This document shows positions 10,242 to 19,003 of a stretch of DNA of 64,000 bases, in pieces. Both the position numbers and the translations under genes were made by a program. Source of the DNA: a candidate division CPR2 bacterium GW2011_GWC2_39_10 (GTDB lineage: Bacteria > Patescibacteriota > CPR2); assembly GCA_000993275.1 (NCBI GenBank), contig LBVV01000006.1, forward strand, positions 24 through 64,023. The letters run 5' to 3'. Below the pieces are notes generated by a model. The model saw nothing but the letters and a program-made list of their open reading frames with translations. It was not told the DNA's origin and did no database searches. The first letter of the stretch is position 1. The number at the start of each line of letters is the position of its first letter.

Positions 10242-11333
10242 TTACGACTCTTGCTTATAAGAACATTTCGCTTTCTCTTCCCAAATTGATTCTAGCGCTT
10301 TGATTAGTATAGCCATAGATTTAATATTTTTTATTGTTACTCTTACGCAATTACTTTTAAGATGAAAATATTCTCCCGAAATAACCAAAATGCCTTTTTG
10401 CTTTAATGCTATTGCTAAATTAATTTGAAATTTAGCTTCAATAATTATCATACTACAACAAGTATCAGTCGCCATAAAAGAAATTGGTAAGTTATCCTTT
10501 AAGTAATTAATTGAAATTTTAAGTTCTTTTCTCTTTTTTTCAACTAAATTGACTTTCGCAAGTGCGACCTCTGCCAAATAAGCAGATATCACGGAAACTT
10601 CAAATGGTGAAATAATATTTTTTATTTTTTTTAATAAACATGGATTTCGCACAACAGCATATCCGATTCTCGCCCCAGCCAACCCATAAATTTTAGAAAA
10701 GGTTCTAATTTCGATGATATTTTTATTTTTATATGTAAAAACATCTTGGCTTTCGCAGTATTCTATTAGCGAATTATCTATAATAATTATGGCTTTTGTT
10801 AATGCCGCAATTTTCTCAATTTCCTTAATATCTAAAAGGTGCCCAGTCGGGTTATTAGGATTTGCTAAATATATTATTTTTGCATTCTTCCCATTAGCTT
10901 CTTTAATGATTTTATCAGTATCAATTTCATAGGGAAAATGGTTAAATTTAATGGAGTATATATTAGCCCTCGCAAGTTTAGCATAGAACGAATATCGGCC
11001 AAAGGTAGGCACCGGAACAATTACGCTATCTCCGGGACTAATAAATGCTTGGGAACAATTCTGTAATGCCTTGTCGGAACCAGCAGTAAGAATTATATTT
11101 TGCGGAAAAGTTTTGTGCTTTAATGAGAGTAATTTATGTAAAATTGTTTCTTGTGTGTAATAATACTCATTTATGTCATCCAAAGGAAGCTTCATGGGGT
11201 CAAGTAAAGACACATCTGATTCCCCGCTACTTAAATCAAGATACGAATTCTCTCTTATTCTAGAAGTGGCATACTCTTTATACTTTAGGCCTAACATAAC
11301 ATGCATTTTATAATTAAAACCCTTGACCGTCAA
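10242..11333 (-). CDS. PLP-dependent class I/II aminotransferase (histidinol-phosphate aminotransferase-like)
   Basis: 'NPNNPTG' and PLP-lysine context 'IRTFSKIYGLAGARIGY'. Confidence 0.7.
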   Translation of the reverse strand: MTVKGFNYKMHVMLGLKYKEYATSRIRENSYLDLSSGESDVSLLDPMKLPLDDINEYYYTQETILHKLLSLKHKTFPQNIILTAGSDKALQNCSQAFISPGDSVIVPVPTFGRYSFYAKLARANIYSIKFNHFPYEIDTDKIIKEANGKNAKIIYLANPNNPTGHLLDIKEIEKIAALTKAIIIIDNSLIEYCESQDVFTYKNKNIIEIRTFSKIYGLAGARIGYAVVRNPCLLKKIKNIISPFEVSVISAYLAEVALAKVNLVEKKRKELKISINYLKDNLPISFMATDTCCSMIIIEAKFQINLAIALKQKGILVISGEYFHLKSNCVRVTIKNIKSMAILIKALESIWEEKAKCSYKQES

Positions 11334-11397
11334 GGATCTTTATGCGATAATAGCCAAGATCTGTTTTACGCGTAGTTTAAAAAGGGTGGTGAAAAAA

Positions 11398-11868
11398 ATG
11401 AAAGCTGCTATAGACAAATGTACTTTATTAGAAAAAGCCCAAAAAGCCTTAAATGAAAAAGCGGAGCGATCAGATGAGATAGCTCAAGGATTTAGCAAAG
11501 ATGCCACAAAATGGCCATCAGCCAAAGAATCTCATAGCGATACTAATCGCTCTCAATTACAGCATATGTCGCTAGCTGCAAAAAAAATGGCTTTAGATAT
11601 ACAGCTTAACAGTGTAGGCGCAATTGACAACATGGTGAAAAACTTGCATGTTCCACATGAAATTATTGGTTTTGGCTCATTAGTCAGTCTTCAATATGAA
11701 GATGACGAGGAAATTATGATAGCATTTATAGTTCCTGGGAAAAACAGTACTGAAATTGAACGAACAAGCAGCACTTGCTAAAGCTATATTAGGAAAAAAA
11801 TGTGGTGATAAAGCTGTTATCAAGACAGGTCTTAGGGAATTAACCGTAAATATATTGGCGGTTGAATA
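11398..11868 (+). CDS. greA: GreA/GreB-family transcript cleavage factor, interrupted by an apparent +1 frameshift near 11757-11762
   Basis: C-terminal FKBP-like domain 'IGFGSLVSLQYEDDEEIMIAFIVPG' continues in the +1 frame as 'EQAALAKAILGKKCGDKAVIKTGLRELTVNILAVE' (GreA C-terminus signature); the ORF frame stops at 11781. Confidence 0.6.
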
Positions 11869-11898
11869 GCTTACCAGCGAGGGGTTTTAAAAACCCCT
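11868..11898 (+). terminator. Rho-independent terminator after greA
   Basis: GAGGGGTTTTTAAAAACCCCTC hairpin followed by TTTTTTT. Confidence 0.6.
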
Positions 11899-11938
11899 CT
11901 TTTTTTAAAAAAATAATAAACTAACAAATTATAGAAAA

Positions 11939-12982
11939 ATGATTAATAAGTTTACGATACCCGCCCATTGGGATAAAAAAATAATAAAGGAAATCTTGGA
12001 TCATAGATCGGGGAAAGATCTAAAAAATGAGATCGACGAGATTTATGGAAGCCTACCGAAACCAATACTTGGACATGGCAGGACACCAAATTCTGTTGTC
12101 CAAATAACACAAAAGGAAGCATTGGATTTTAAAAAATATATATCCAAAAGAGGGATCGAATTTGCGTATTTATTAAATGGGCCAGCTAAAAAAAATATAA
12201 TCCATTCTAAAAAGTCAGATGAATATTTGGATTGGATTATGAATGAATTCAGAGCCGATTCATTGACAATTACATCCATAGAACTAATGAAAAGAGTAAG
12301 ACAATTAAATAATTCTATAAAAATTAATGTATCAACAATTGCGGGAATCAAAAATGTTACCGATCTAGTGAAATATTTGGAATTTGGAATATCAAAAATC
12401 ATACCGCACCACGATACCAATCGCAATTTTTCTGATTTGGAAATACTTCAAAAATTTTGCACAAAAGAAAAAATTGAAATTGAGTTATTGGCAACAGAGA
12501 GTTGCCTTAGAGAATGCCCCAACCGATGGAGACATTATTCTGCAATTGCCAATTTTAAAGATGATGCTTCTTTTCATATTAACTGTAATACTAAAAAAAT
12601 AAATCATCCATCAAATCTTCTAAAAGCGAACTTTATACGCCCGGAAGACCTCAAAATCTATAATAATATAGGAATTAATCGTTTTAAAATAACTGGTAGA
12701 TCTAAACCAAAAGAATGGATAACGGAAGTAATACAGGCCTATTTTGTGGAAGAATATAGTGGAAACTTAGTGAGACTACTTGGGATAAGTGTCCCTAAGT
12801 TTCCTATAATTTGGAATGAAATTTTTATATCTAATAAGTCCTTGAAGGGATTCCTAAAAAATTTTCCCGATAATTCTCAACAAGAAGAACGTTACTGCCT
12901 TAATTGGCTTGAACAATTATCAAAAAATGGTGATTTTAAGTTATCGGAAGAGATTATAAATGAATATACTAAAACAGAATAA
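11939..12982 (+). CDS. Peptidase U32-family-like protein (RlhA/TrhP/UbiU-type Fe-S hydroxylase family?); otherwise hypothetical
   Basis: Overall U32 layout including the 'IEIELLATESCLRECPNRWRHYS' region, which resembles the conserved E-x-F-x-HGA-x-C-x-x-SG-x-C segment; low certainty. Confidence 0.35.
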   Translation: MINKFTIPAHWDKKIIKEILDHRSGKDLKNEIDEIYGSLPKPILGHGRTPNSVVQITQKEALDFKKYISKRGIEFAYLLNGPAKKNIIHSKKSDEYLDWIMNEFRADSLTITSIELMKRVRQLNNSIKINVSTIAGIKNVTDLVKYLEFGISKIIPHHDTNRNFSDLEILQKFCTKEKIEIELLATESCLRECPNRWRHYSAIANFKDDASFHINCNTKKINHPSNLLKANFIRPEDLKIYNNIGINRFKITGRSKPKEWITEVIQAYFVEEYSGNLVRLLGISVPKFPIIWNEIFISNKSLKGFLKNFPDNSQQEERYCLNWLEQLSKNGDFKLSEEIINEYTKTE

Positions 12983-14060
12983 AGCACAATTTAAAAAAGA
13001 TTTTGAGCCTTTTAAAATCGGTACAATTTTTAATCCCTTAAAAAGAAGCTTTAATTGTAAGCCATTGCACAAAGAAGTTTTAATCAAATATCCGTTACGC
13101 CTAAATGCAATGGCCTTAGATCCGTCAAAAATAACTGAAAATAATAATCTTGTTTTTACCCCAGGAGAAATAGTTTTTAGCATCGCAAAATTTACAATAG
13201 TTAAACTAAAGTTAACATCAAAAGGAATAAGGATAAATTCAAAAATTGGTAGAGAGTCCATAATAAAACATTCTGCTTTAATAATGAAAAAAACCATGGG
13301 GTATAAAGGAGGGTTTTATATTGAAGCAGATTCAGAATTAGATATTGCACACATAGGTATCGGCTCAAGCGGTTCTCTTATGTGCGCTGTAATATCGGCA
13401 ATAAATGAGTTATTCGGCAAACCAATTTCGAAAAAAGAAATTATTCCATTTATTGCGCAAAATTATGGAGAAGATATTGATGGCTTGAATGATTGGCTAA
13501 ATCCTGTTCAATGCATAGGCGGCTCAGCATGTTCTGGCAATTACGATGCAGGAGTAATGGTAATAGCTGGACAGAGCCAGGTAATCTCATCCTTGAAAAT
13601 TGATCCAAAATATTCAATTATTATTGGCTTACCAAAAGATTACAAAACTTTAGATTCAAAAAAAGCTTTAGAGTTAGAGAAGAAAAATTTTCCATTATTT
13701 TTAAAAACAGGTCGAACTTATTCTAGAGAAATTGCCTACCGAATGATTCACGAAGTATTACCGTCATTATCAGATAATCGATTAGACATAATTGGTAATC
13801 TCATTTATGATTACCGTTACAAAATGGGAAGTATTAAAAACTGCTCTTTTTGTTACTCAAATTTAGAAAACTTGGCAGAAAATCTTTCGGCTATAAAGAA
13901 AATGGGTCTAGCGGAAATATTAAGCCTTTCTTCAGTTGGACCATCTTTTTTTGCGATTACGAAGAATCAGGCCGCCTGCAAGAGAATCTTTGAAGAAAAT
14001 GGATTAAAAGTTTGGACAACCAAACCGTATAATCGAAAATATAAGGCAAGTTATGAATAA
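12960..14060 (+). CDS. GHMP-kinase superfamily protein, beta-RFAP-synthase-like
   Basis: GHMP motif II 'IGIGSSGSLMCAVISAINELFG'; length ~366 aa; overlaps the upstream and downstream genes (translational coupling). Confidence 0.5.
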   Translation: MNILKQNKAQFKKDFEPFKIGTIFNPLKRSFNCKPLHKEVLIKYPLRLNAMALDPSKITENNNLVFTPGEIVFSIAKFTIVKLKLTSKGIRINSKIGRESIIKHSALIMKKTMGYKGGFYIEADSELDIAHIGIGSSGSLMCAVISAINELFGKPISKKEIIPFIAQNYGEDIDGLNDWLNPVQCIGGSACSGNYDAGVMVIAGQSQVISSLKIDPKYSIIIGLPKDYKTLDSKKALELEKKNFPLFLKTGRTYSREIAYRMIHEVLPSLSDNRLDIIGNLIYDYRYKMGSIKNCSFCYSNLENLAENLSAIKKMGLAEILSLSSVGPSFFAITKNQAACKRIFEENGLKVWTTKPYNRKYKASYE

Positions 14061-14700
14061 TTATTGTTTCTGGGATGACATAGAAGTCATTAAATCTTTT
14101 GGAGAAGACACGCCCTCTGAAGAAGTAGTTGAATTCCTAAAAAATTTAAAAACGGTAAATAATACTAAAATTTTAGATTTAGGATTTGGCGGCGGACGCC
14201 ATACCGAGATAATTGCCAAAATGGGTTTTGACACATATGGCTGTGACCCTTGCGATGGAATGATTAACTACACCAAAAATCGGCTGAAGGAAAAGGGCTT
14301 GAAAGCAAAAATAATTAAAGCTAGAATGCAAAATTTACCTTATGAAGAGTCATTTTTTGATGCAGTTATAGCAAATGGAGTTTTTCATCAGGCGATTTCA
14401 TTAAACGATTTTATTAAATCAATTAAAGAAACTACCAGGGTATTAAAAAAAAATAGTTTTCTTTATGTAAATGTTTTCTTTTTAAATGAACACATATACA
14501 ATACATACTACTCGAAAGAAAAAGAAGTATATACTTTTTTTACAGAAAAAGGCTTAATGACAACCTTTTTGCCAAAAGATAAATTTCTAGAAATAATGAG
14601 AAATAATAATTTGGAATTAGAAAAAATTGTTAGTGAAAAAACCACCAAGGTAAGCACTGGTTACAGACCGACATTAAAAGCAATTTTTAAAAAAACTTAG
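14053..14700 (+). CDS. Class I SAM-dependent methyltransferase
   Basis: Motif I 'ILDLGFGGGRHT'; 'VIANGVFHQ' post-I region. Confidence 0.65.
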   Translation: MNNYCFWDDIEVIKSFGEDTPSEEVVEFLKNLKTVNNTKILDLGFGGGRHTEIIAKMGFDTYGCDPCDGMINYTKNRLKEKGLKAKIIKARMQNLPYEESFFDAVIANGVFHQAISLNDFIKSIKETTRVLKKNSFLYVNVFFLNEHIYNTYYSKEKEVYTFFTEKGLMTTFLPKDKFLEIMRNNNLELEKIVSEKTTKVSTGYRPTLKAIFKKT

Positions 14701-15278
14701 GAATTTTTCAATCTTTTCCCGTACCAAGAAGCAAAATCCTTAATAGCGTTTCCCCAAAATTGAGCCTCATAAAAAGGATCCTCCTCTCTTAACTCGCTCA
14801 ATGTTTTAATTTCCCCGTCTGGTATAAAAAATAAATCATGCCACCTGCCTCTTTTACCATGCTGCTTTAATGCAATTGTTCCATTGGAACCGCCAGAAAA
14901 AACAATTGGATCTTTTCCCGGCTCACAAAAAGCAAAGGTATGTTCAAGTCTGGCTTTCCGATTTTTTTCATTTCTTAAAAGTTTTAAAAATTTTTCGGCA
15001 CCAATTTGTTTATCAAAATAAGCGTTATAGGGACCCGGAAGACCACCCAAGCAATCGATATATAAACCCGTATCAGATTTTAATGTGTTGACACCTAGTT
15101 TATCAGCTGCATACTTTGCACTAAAAGTAACAACATCAACACAAGACTTTGCTTGAATTTCGATAATTTCAAAATCAGGATTAATAATATCAATATTAAA
15201 ACCATAATGCTCTACAAAAAATCGGTTTGCTTCTTCAACTTTATGAGGATTTGTTGTTAAATAAACTAATTTTTCCAT
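14697..15278 (-). CDS. Non-canonical purine NTP pyrophosphatase (Ham1/RdgB/ITPase family)
   Basis: 'TTNPHKVEE', 'SDTGLYIDCLGGLPGPYNAYF', 'WHDLFFIPDGEIKTLSEL' align to RdgB signature regions. Confidence 0.75.
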   Translation of the reverse strand: MEKLVYLTTNPHKVEEANRFFVEHYGFNIDIINPDFEIIEIQAKSCVDVVTFSAKYAADKLGVNTLKSDTGLYIDCLGGLPGPYNAYFDKQIGAEKFLKLLRNEKNRKARLEHTFAFCEPGKDPIVFSGGSNGTIALKQHGKRGRWHDLFFIPDGEIKTLSELREEDPFYEAQFWGNAIKDFASWYGKRLKNS

Positions 15279-15373
15279 AGAGAAATCCTACCACTTCTTC
15301 AGATGATAATCAAGACTCTGTTTGGGCTGAGTACATCGGTAACAACTTTTGTTGTTTAGTTAATGGGCGAAAT

Positions 15374-15418
15374 GCACACACCCTGTGTGTACTAGGTAGA
15401 CACATCGGGAATATTTCA
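15374..15418 (+). repeat. REP-like element copy (ACACACCCTGTGTGTACTAGGTAGACACATCGGGAATA)
   Basis: Near-identical to copies at 18928 and 33559; followed at 15421-15462 by a fragment resembling thiF codons ~22-33. Confidence 0.7.
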
Positions 15419-15467
15419 TTTACACGATTGCTATAGCCACTTTCAAATTTTTTCCTTTTACTGCACC

Positions 15468-16028
15468 CTAACCATTGAGTAGCTTATTAAGATTAAATTT
15501 ATTCCAACTCTGTCTCAAGAAATTATCAAAATTATCGCTTTTATTGTATATAGCCGTAAATATTTCGGTTAATGTTTTGTTTTCTAGTTTTATTTCTTTC
15601 CAGCGATCATAAATATTGAATTCACTTTTGGCTATGTTCTTTATTCTGGGATTATTTCCTATAATAGCTACCAAAATTTCACTTAATGACCAAGCTGGAT
15701 CAGGAGACTCAAAGTTAGAATAATTATGTTTGGGAAAAAGATTTTGCCATTTTTTAAAATAAAGAAAGTGAATCATTTCATGGGTTGCCCAATTTAAAAG
15801 GATTGAATTGCTAAGTTTGTAAGGCAGAATCATTGATTTCGATTTTACAAATCGTGGAGCAATCGGACATGCCCCAATATAAATATTAATTTTATCATTT
15901 GAATCCCACCTCTCATCAACAACATTTTCAATTGCTATTGCTATCGCCTCAAGTTTTTTAAGATTTTCCTGCTTAAAATCTGTGAACACGATTATAAATT
16001 TGTACGATGAGCATAAGGTTTTAATCAA
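15468..16028 (-). CDS. Hypothetical protein with HExxH motif (putative zinc metallopeptidase)
   Basis: 'ATHEMIHFLYF' HEXXH; no other family signature recognised. Confidence 0.3.
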   Translation of the reverse strand: MIKTLCSSYKFIIVFTDFKQENLKKLEAIAIAIENVVDERWDSNDKINIYIGACPIAPRFVKSKSMILPYKLSNSILLNWATHEMIHFLYFKKWQNLFPKHNYSNFESPDPAWSLSEILVAIIGNNPRIKNIAKSEFNIYDRWKEIKLENKTLTEIFTAIYNKSDNFDNFLRQSWNKFNLNKLLNG

Positions 16029-16962
16029 GAATAGGGAGCAAAAGCTGGCTTTAGATTATGATAATCCATCATGGAAAGAAAAAGTCATCAATCTTTTTGA
16101 AAAAACAGATTTTGTCCAGGAATTTCACAAGAATAATGTGATATCGGCGATGAAAAATGTAAGAAGCGATTGGGGGTTCATACGAGAATCAGGCTGTGGA
16201 GCTCGATATAAAAAATGGATCATTGATCCCATGTTTGATAGCGAATTATTCACCGTTTATAACATATTTATTAAGCTTAAAAATAAATATCCTGATAAAT
16301 TAAATAATCCCGTGAATTTTTTTGCTGATCTGTTTAAGTCGTTGGAAACTGGAGATTCAAACAAAAATCATATCATAAAAGAATTTGTGAGTTGGTTGCC
16401 ATGCGATGTTTTCGTTTGTGAAGAACATTTAAAAAATTGGATCGTAAAAAGATTATATTCGGAAAAACTTCTTTTGAGTGACGAATACATAACGAGGAAG
16501 TATTTTATTACAGGTATGGGTCTGTTGTTCGGCAAGAGAATGTCGGCTTCTCGTGGGCATGCAATATTGGCGAAAGACTTGATAAACTCTTATGGACCTC
16601 TTAGGACTAGACTTATTATGCTATTGGCTGGAGGACATCCGTCAAAAATTTACCAATATGACACAAATTTGCCGCAACAAGCCGACAAGCTGTTAAAAAA
16701 AGTAACCAATTACACAACTTATCTGACTACCTTAACCGTTGACGAAAAGATCGAATCTGATGAAAATGATCTTCTTGGCCTGGAAATATTGGACAAAAAA
16801 ATAGAGAACTTGCTGAAGAGCGGCTATTATAGGCAGGTAATTTTAGAGTTGATTACCATTGTTCCAAAAAACTTTCGCAATCCAGACAGTAGGTCAGCCA
16901 TTAAGCTGTTGAATATTTACAAAAAATATTTTAATATATTGTTGCCTAGTTTAATATTGTAG
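15982..16962 (+). CDS. Hypothetical protein with a class-I aminoacyl-tRNA-synthetase-like KMSKS motif but no HIGH motif
   Basis: 'GKRMSASRGHAILAKDLI' resembles a KMSKS loop; no HIGH motif upstream; overlaps the convergent 15468-16028 gene by 47 nt. Confidence 0.3.
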   Translation: MNTIINLYDEHKVLIKNREQKLALDYDNPSWKEKVINLFEKTDFVQEFHKNNVISAMKNVRSDWGFIRESGCGARYKKWIIDPMFDSELFTVYNIFIKLKNKYPDKLNNPVNFFADLFKSLETGDSNKNHIIKEFVSWLPCDVFVCEEHLKNWIVKRLYSEKLLLSDEYITRKYFITGMGLLFGKRMSASRGHAILAKDLINSYGPLRTRLIMLLAGGHPSKIYQYDTNLPQQADKLLKKVTNYTTYLTTLTVDEKIESDENDLLGLEILDKKIENLLKSGYYRQVILELITIVPKNFRNPDSRSAIKLLNIYKKYFNILLPSLIL

Positions 16963-16994
16963 ATTTTGAGCATTAACAAAAGGTGTAAATTAAT

Positions 16995-17600
16995 ATGAAA
17001 AAAAGAAATAGTAAATACGCATTGATTAGCGTTTATGATAAAAGGGGCGTGATTGAGCTTGCTGGTCAGTTAAAAAAATCAGGATATGGAATAATAGCCA
17101 CAGAAGGAACAGGGCGGGAGTTGATAAAGAAAAGAATCCCATTTATTCCATGCGGAGAAATATCCAAGAATCCCGATTGTTTTGATGGCCATATGAAAAC
17201 CATGAGTTTTTTTGTTGAATCGGGAATGCTTTTTGACAGGTCAAATGATACGCATGTCAAAGAAGCGAAAAAATTTGGCGTTAAACAGATAGATATTCTA
17301 ATCTGCAATTTCTTCCCAGTGAAGGAGGTGGTTAAACAATTAAAAAAAAGCGATATAACAGATATCGTGAGAAGTTTTGATTTTGGAGGACCGACAATGG
17401 TTAGGGTGGCAGCACAAAATTTCAAAAATGTAATAGTTGTTGTCGATCACAAAGATTACAAGAATGTATGTAATGCTATAATTTCAAAAAATATTACAGA
17501 CAAACTCAAATACGATTTGGCTCTCAAGGCTTTTAAATGTATTTCAGACTATGACAATCAGATTGTTAAGTATTTAGGCAAAAATATAAAGTCTCTTTAA
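16995..17600 (+). CDS. Stand-alone IMP cyclohydrolase-like domain (PurH N-terminal MGS-like domain), catalytic motif diverged
   Basis: 'ALISVYDKRGV', 'IIATEGTGRELI', 'DGHMKTMSF' (PurH DGRVKTLHP), 'IDILICNFFP', 'FDFGGPTMVRVAAQN' (PurH IDIGGPTMLRAAAKN); no AICAR-transformylase domain. Confidence 0.65.
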   Translation: MKKRNSKYALISVYDKRGVIELAGQLKKSGYGIIATEGTGRELIKKRIPFIPCGEISKNPDCFDGHMKTMSFFVESGMLFDRSNDTHVKEAKKFGVKQIDILICNFFPVKEVVKQLKKSDITDIVRSFDFGGPTMVRVAAQNFKNVIVVVDHKDYKNVCNAIISKNITDKLKYDLALKAFKCISDYDNQIVKYLGKNIKSL

Positions 17601-17610
17601 ATAAAAAATA

Positions 17611-18096
17611 ATGAAAACATTAATATTATTAGAAGCTAAAAAAATCGCACTGGATATGTTTGAAAAAGTGGAACCGGTTGAGCATGGAGATTTTTTACGA
17701 ATCCATTCTGAAAAAGTCGGCAAAGTTGCTGTGATGATTGCGCGAATAATGCAACTAGACGATGAAATATTCGAAATCGCAGGATGGATTCACGACATAG
17801 GATATTCGGAAAATTTCGAAAATCATGCCGATTTTTCGATTTCTATTTTGGAAAGAATGGGGTATGAATTGAGCGACGTACTAAGTGACTGTGTTTCAAA
17901 TCATGGCAATGGGATGGATCCCAAAACGATTGAGGGAAAAATTTTTCAAGTGGCGGACAAGTTGAGTATTTTTGATATAGAAATAATTGGAAGCATGCTT
18001 AAAAATGGTAGTTTCCCATTAGAAGATGGTGATATCGATTTTTTGAAAATGATGTCTGAAAATGCATTAAAGTTAGTCAAAAATTTTTCAAAATGA
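17611..18096 (+). CDS. HD-domain phosphohydrolase
   Basis: 'HSEKV...' His and 'AGWIHDIGY' HD motif. Confidence 0.6.
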   Translation: MKTLILLEAKKIALDMFEKVEPVEHGDFLRIHSEKVGKVAVMIARIMQLDDEIFEIAGWIHDIGYSENFENHADFSISILERMGYELSDVLSDCVSNHGNGMDPKTIEGKIFQVADKLSIFDIEIIGSMLKNGSFPLEDGDIDFLKMMSENALKLVKNFSK

Positions 18097-18128
18097 AAGT
18101 GTGAATCACATAAATTTCCAATGATAAT

Positions 18129-18225
18129 TTATTGGTTTTGGCTCATTAGTCAGTCTTCAATATGAAGATGACGAGGAAATTATGATAGCATTTATAGTTC
18201 CTGGGAAAAACAGTACTGAAATTGA
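18129..18225 (+). repeat. ~97-bp duplicate of an internal greA segment (identical to 11665-11761)
   Basis: Direct comparison: TTATTGGTTTTGGCTCATTAGTCAGTCTTCAATATGAAGATGACGAGGAAATTATGATAGCATTTATAGTTCCTGGGAAAAACAGTACTGAAATTGAAC is shared; it diverges exactly where greA frameshifts. Confidence 0.8.
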
Positions 18226-18226
18226 A

Positions 18227-18248
18227 CCGGTGTGTACTGGGTAGATTA
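18227..18248 (+). repeat. Partial REP-like element (CGGTGTGTACTGGGTAGATTAA)
   Basis: Matches the right half of the REP consensus; joins the greA fragment to the dnaK fragment. Confidence 0.55.
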
Positions 18249-18249
18249 A

Positions 18250-18403
18250 TCGCCCTTACCCCAATAGAGCTATGCCCTTCTCTATTTAAAAAAAGCAGCG
18301 TTGGAATTAATGTGTCCGAATTTCCAATTCTTAAAAGACGATTTTTCGTTCCGTCATAAAAACAAACGACAGTATTAGATGTTCCGAAATCGATTCCGTA
18401 CAT
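18250..18403 (-). pseudogene. dnaK: Truncated Hsp70/DnaK N-terminal fragment (~50 codons)
   Basis: 'MYGIDFGTSNTVVCFYDGTKNRLLRIGNSDTLIPTLLFLNREGHSSIGVRA' matches the DnaK N-terminus (GIDLGTTNS...VIEN..G.RTTPS); the ORF runs into the REP fragment and ends. Confidence 0.55.
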
Positions 18404-18501
18404 AATCCAACCTATATATAACTTAAATATATTAGCAAAAAGTGTTAATATAAAAAAGCCATTTTTAAAAATAATATACTTTAAATTAAAAGGAGATAAC
18501 T

Positions 18502-18921
18502 ATGCAAGTAGGCGTAGCAACAAAAGCGGTAATATTTTATAACGACGATGTTCTTATTATAAATAAAAGTGATAAAGACGAAATCAACCCCAAAACAATG
18601 GATCTGCCTGGAGGAAGATTAGGATTTGGAGAACAAGTCATTGACGGTCTTGTAAGAGAAATTGAAGAAGAAACCAGTTTAAAGGAGGTTGAGGTCATTG
18701 GCCCAGCCAATACATGGAGTATTGTTAAGGGTGATCTTAATCTCGTTGGAATTACATTTGCCGTTAAGATAAAGAGGAAAAATGATGTTAATCTAAGCTT
18801 TGAGCACGAATCCTTTATCTGGTTGCCAATAGACAAAATTCTTAATGATAGCAATATGCCTGTATGGATAAAAGAAGAGGTATCGGCATCGGTAAAGTTA
18901 AAAAAAGCTTACAGTAAGTAA
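18502..18921 (+). CDS. NUDIX hydrolase
   Basis: Nudix box 'GGRLGFGEQVIDGLVREIEEETSL'. Confidence 0.75.
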   Translation: MQVGVATKAVIFYNDDVLIINKSDKDEINPKTMDLPGGRLGFGEQVIDGLVREIEEETSLKEVEVIGPANTWSIVKGDLNLVGITFAVKIKRKNDVNLSFEHESFIWLPIDKILNDSNMPVWIKEEVSASVKLKKAYSK

Positions 18922-18927
18922 AAGCGA

Positions 18928-18970
18928 AATGCACACACCCGGTGTGTACTAGGTAGACACATCGGGAATA
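18928..18970 (+). repeat. REP-like element copy (GCACACACCCGGTGTGTACTAGGTAGACACATCGGGAATA)
   Basis: Consensus copy directly after the NUDIX stop. Confidence 0.7.
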
Positions 18971-19003
18971 CTCTGCATGCACTTGGACGTAATGACGGCG
19001 ACT

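Noticed and set aside
11323-11397. Annotated greA ORF start at 11323
   Set aside because: The first 25 codons overlap the divergent aminotransferase start and lack GreA similarity; Met at 11398 (MKAAIDK...) is the more plausible start.
18146-18403. Treating the 85-aa ORF as an intact small actin-like/Hsp70-like gene
   Set aside because: Only ~50 N-terminal residues resemble DnaK; the remainder is a translation of the REP element and the ORF ends inside the greA duplicate. It is best read as a gene fragment.
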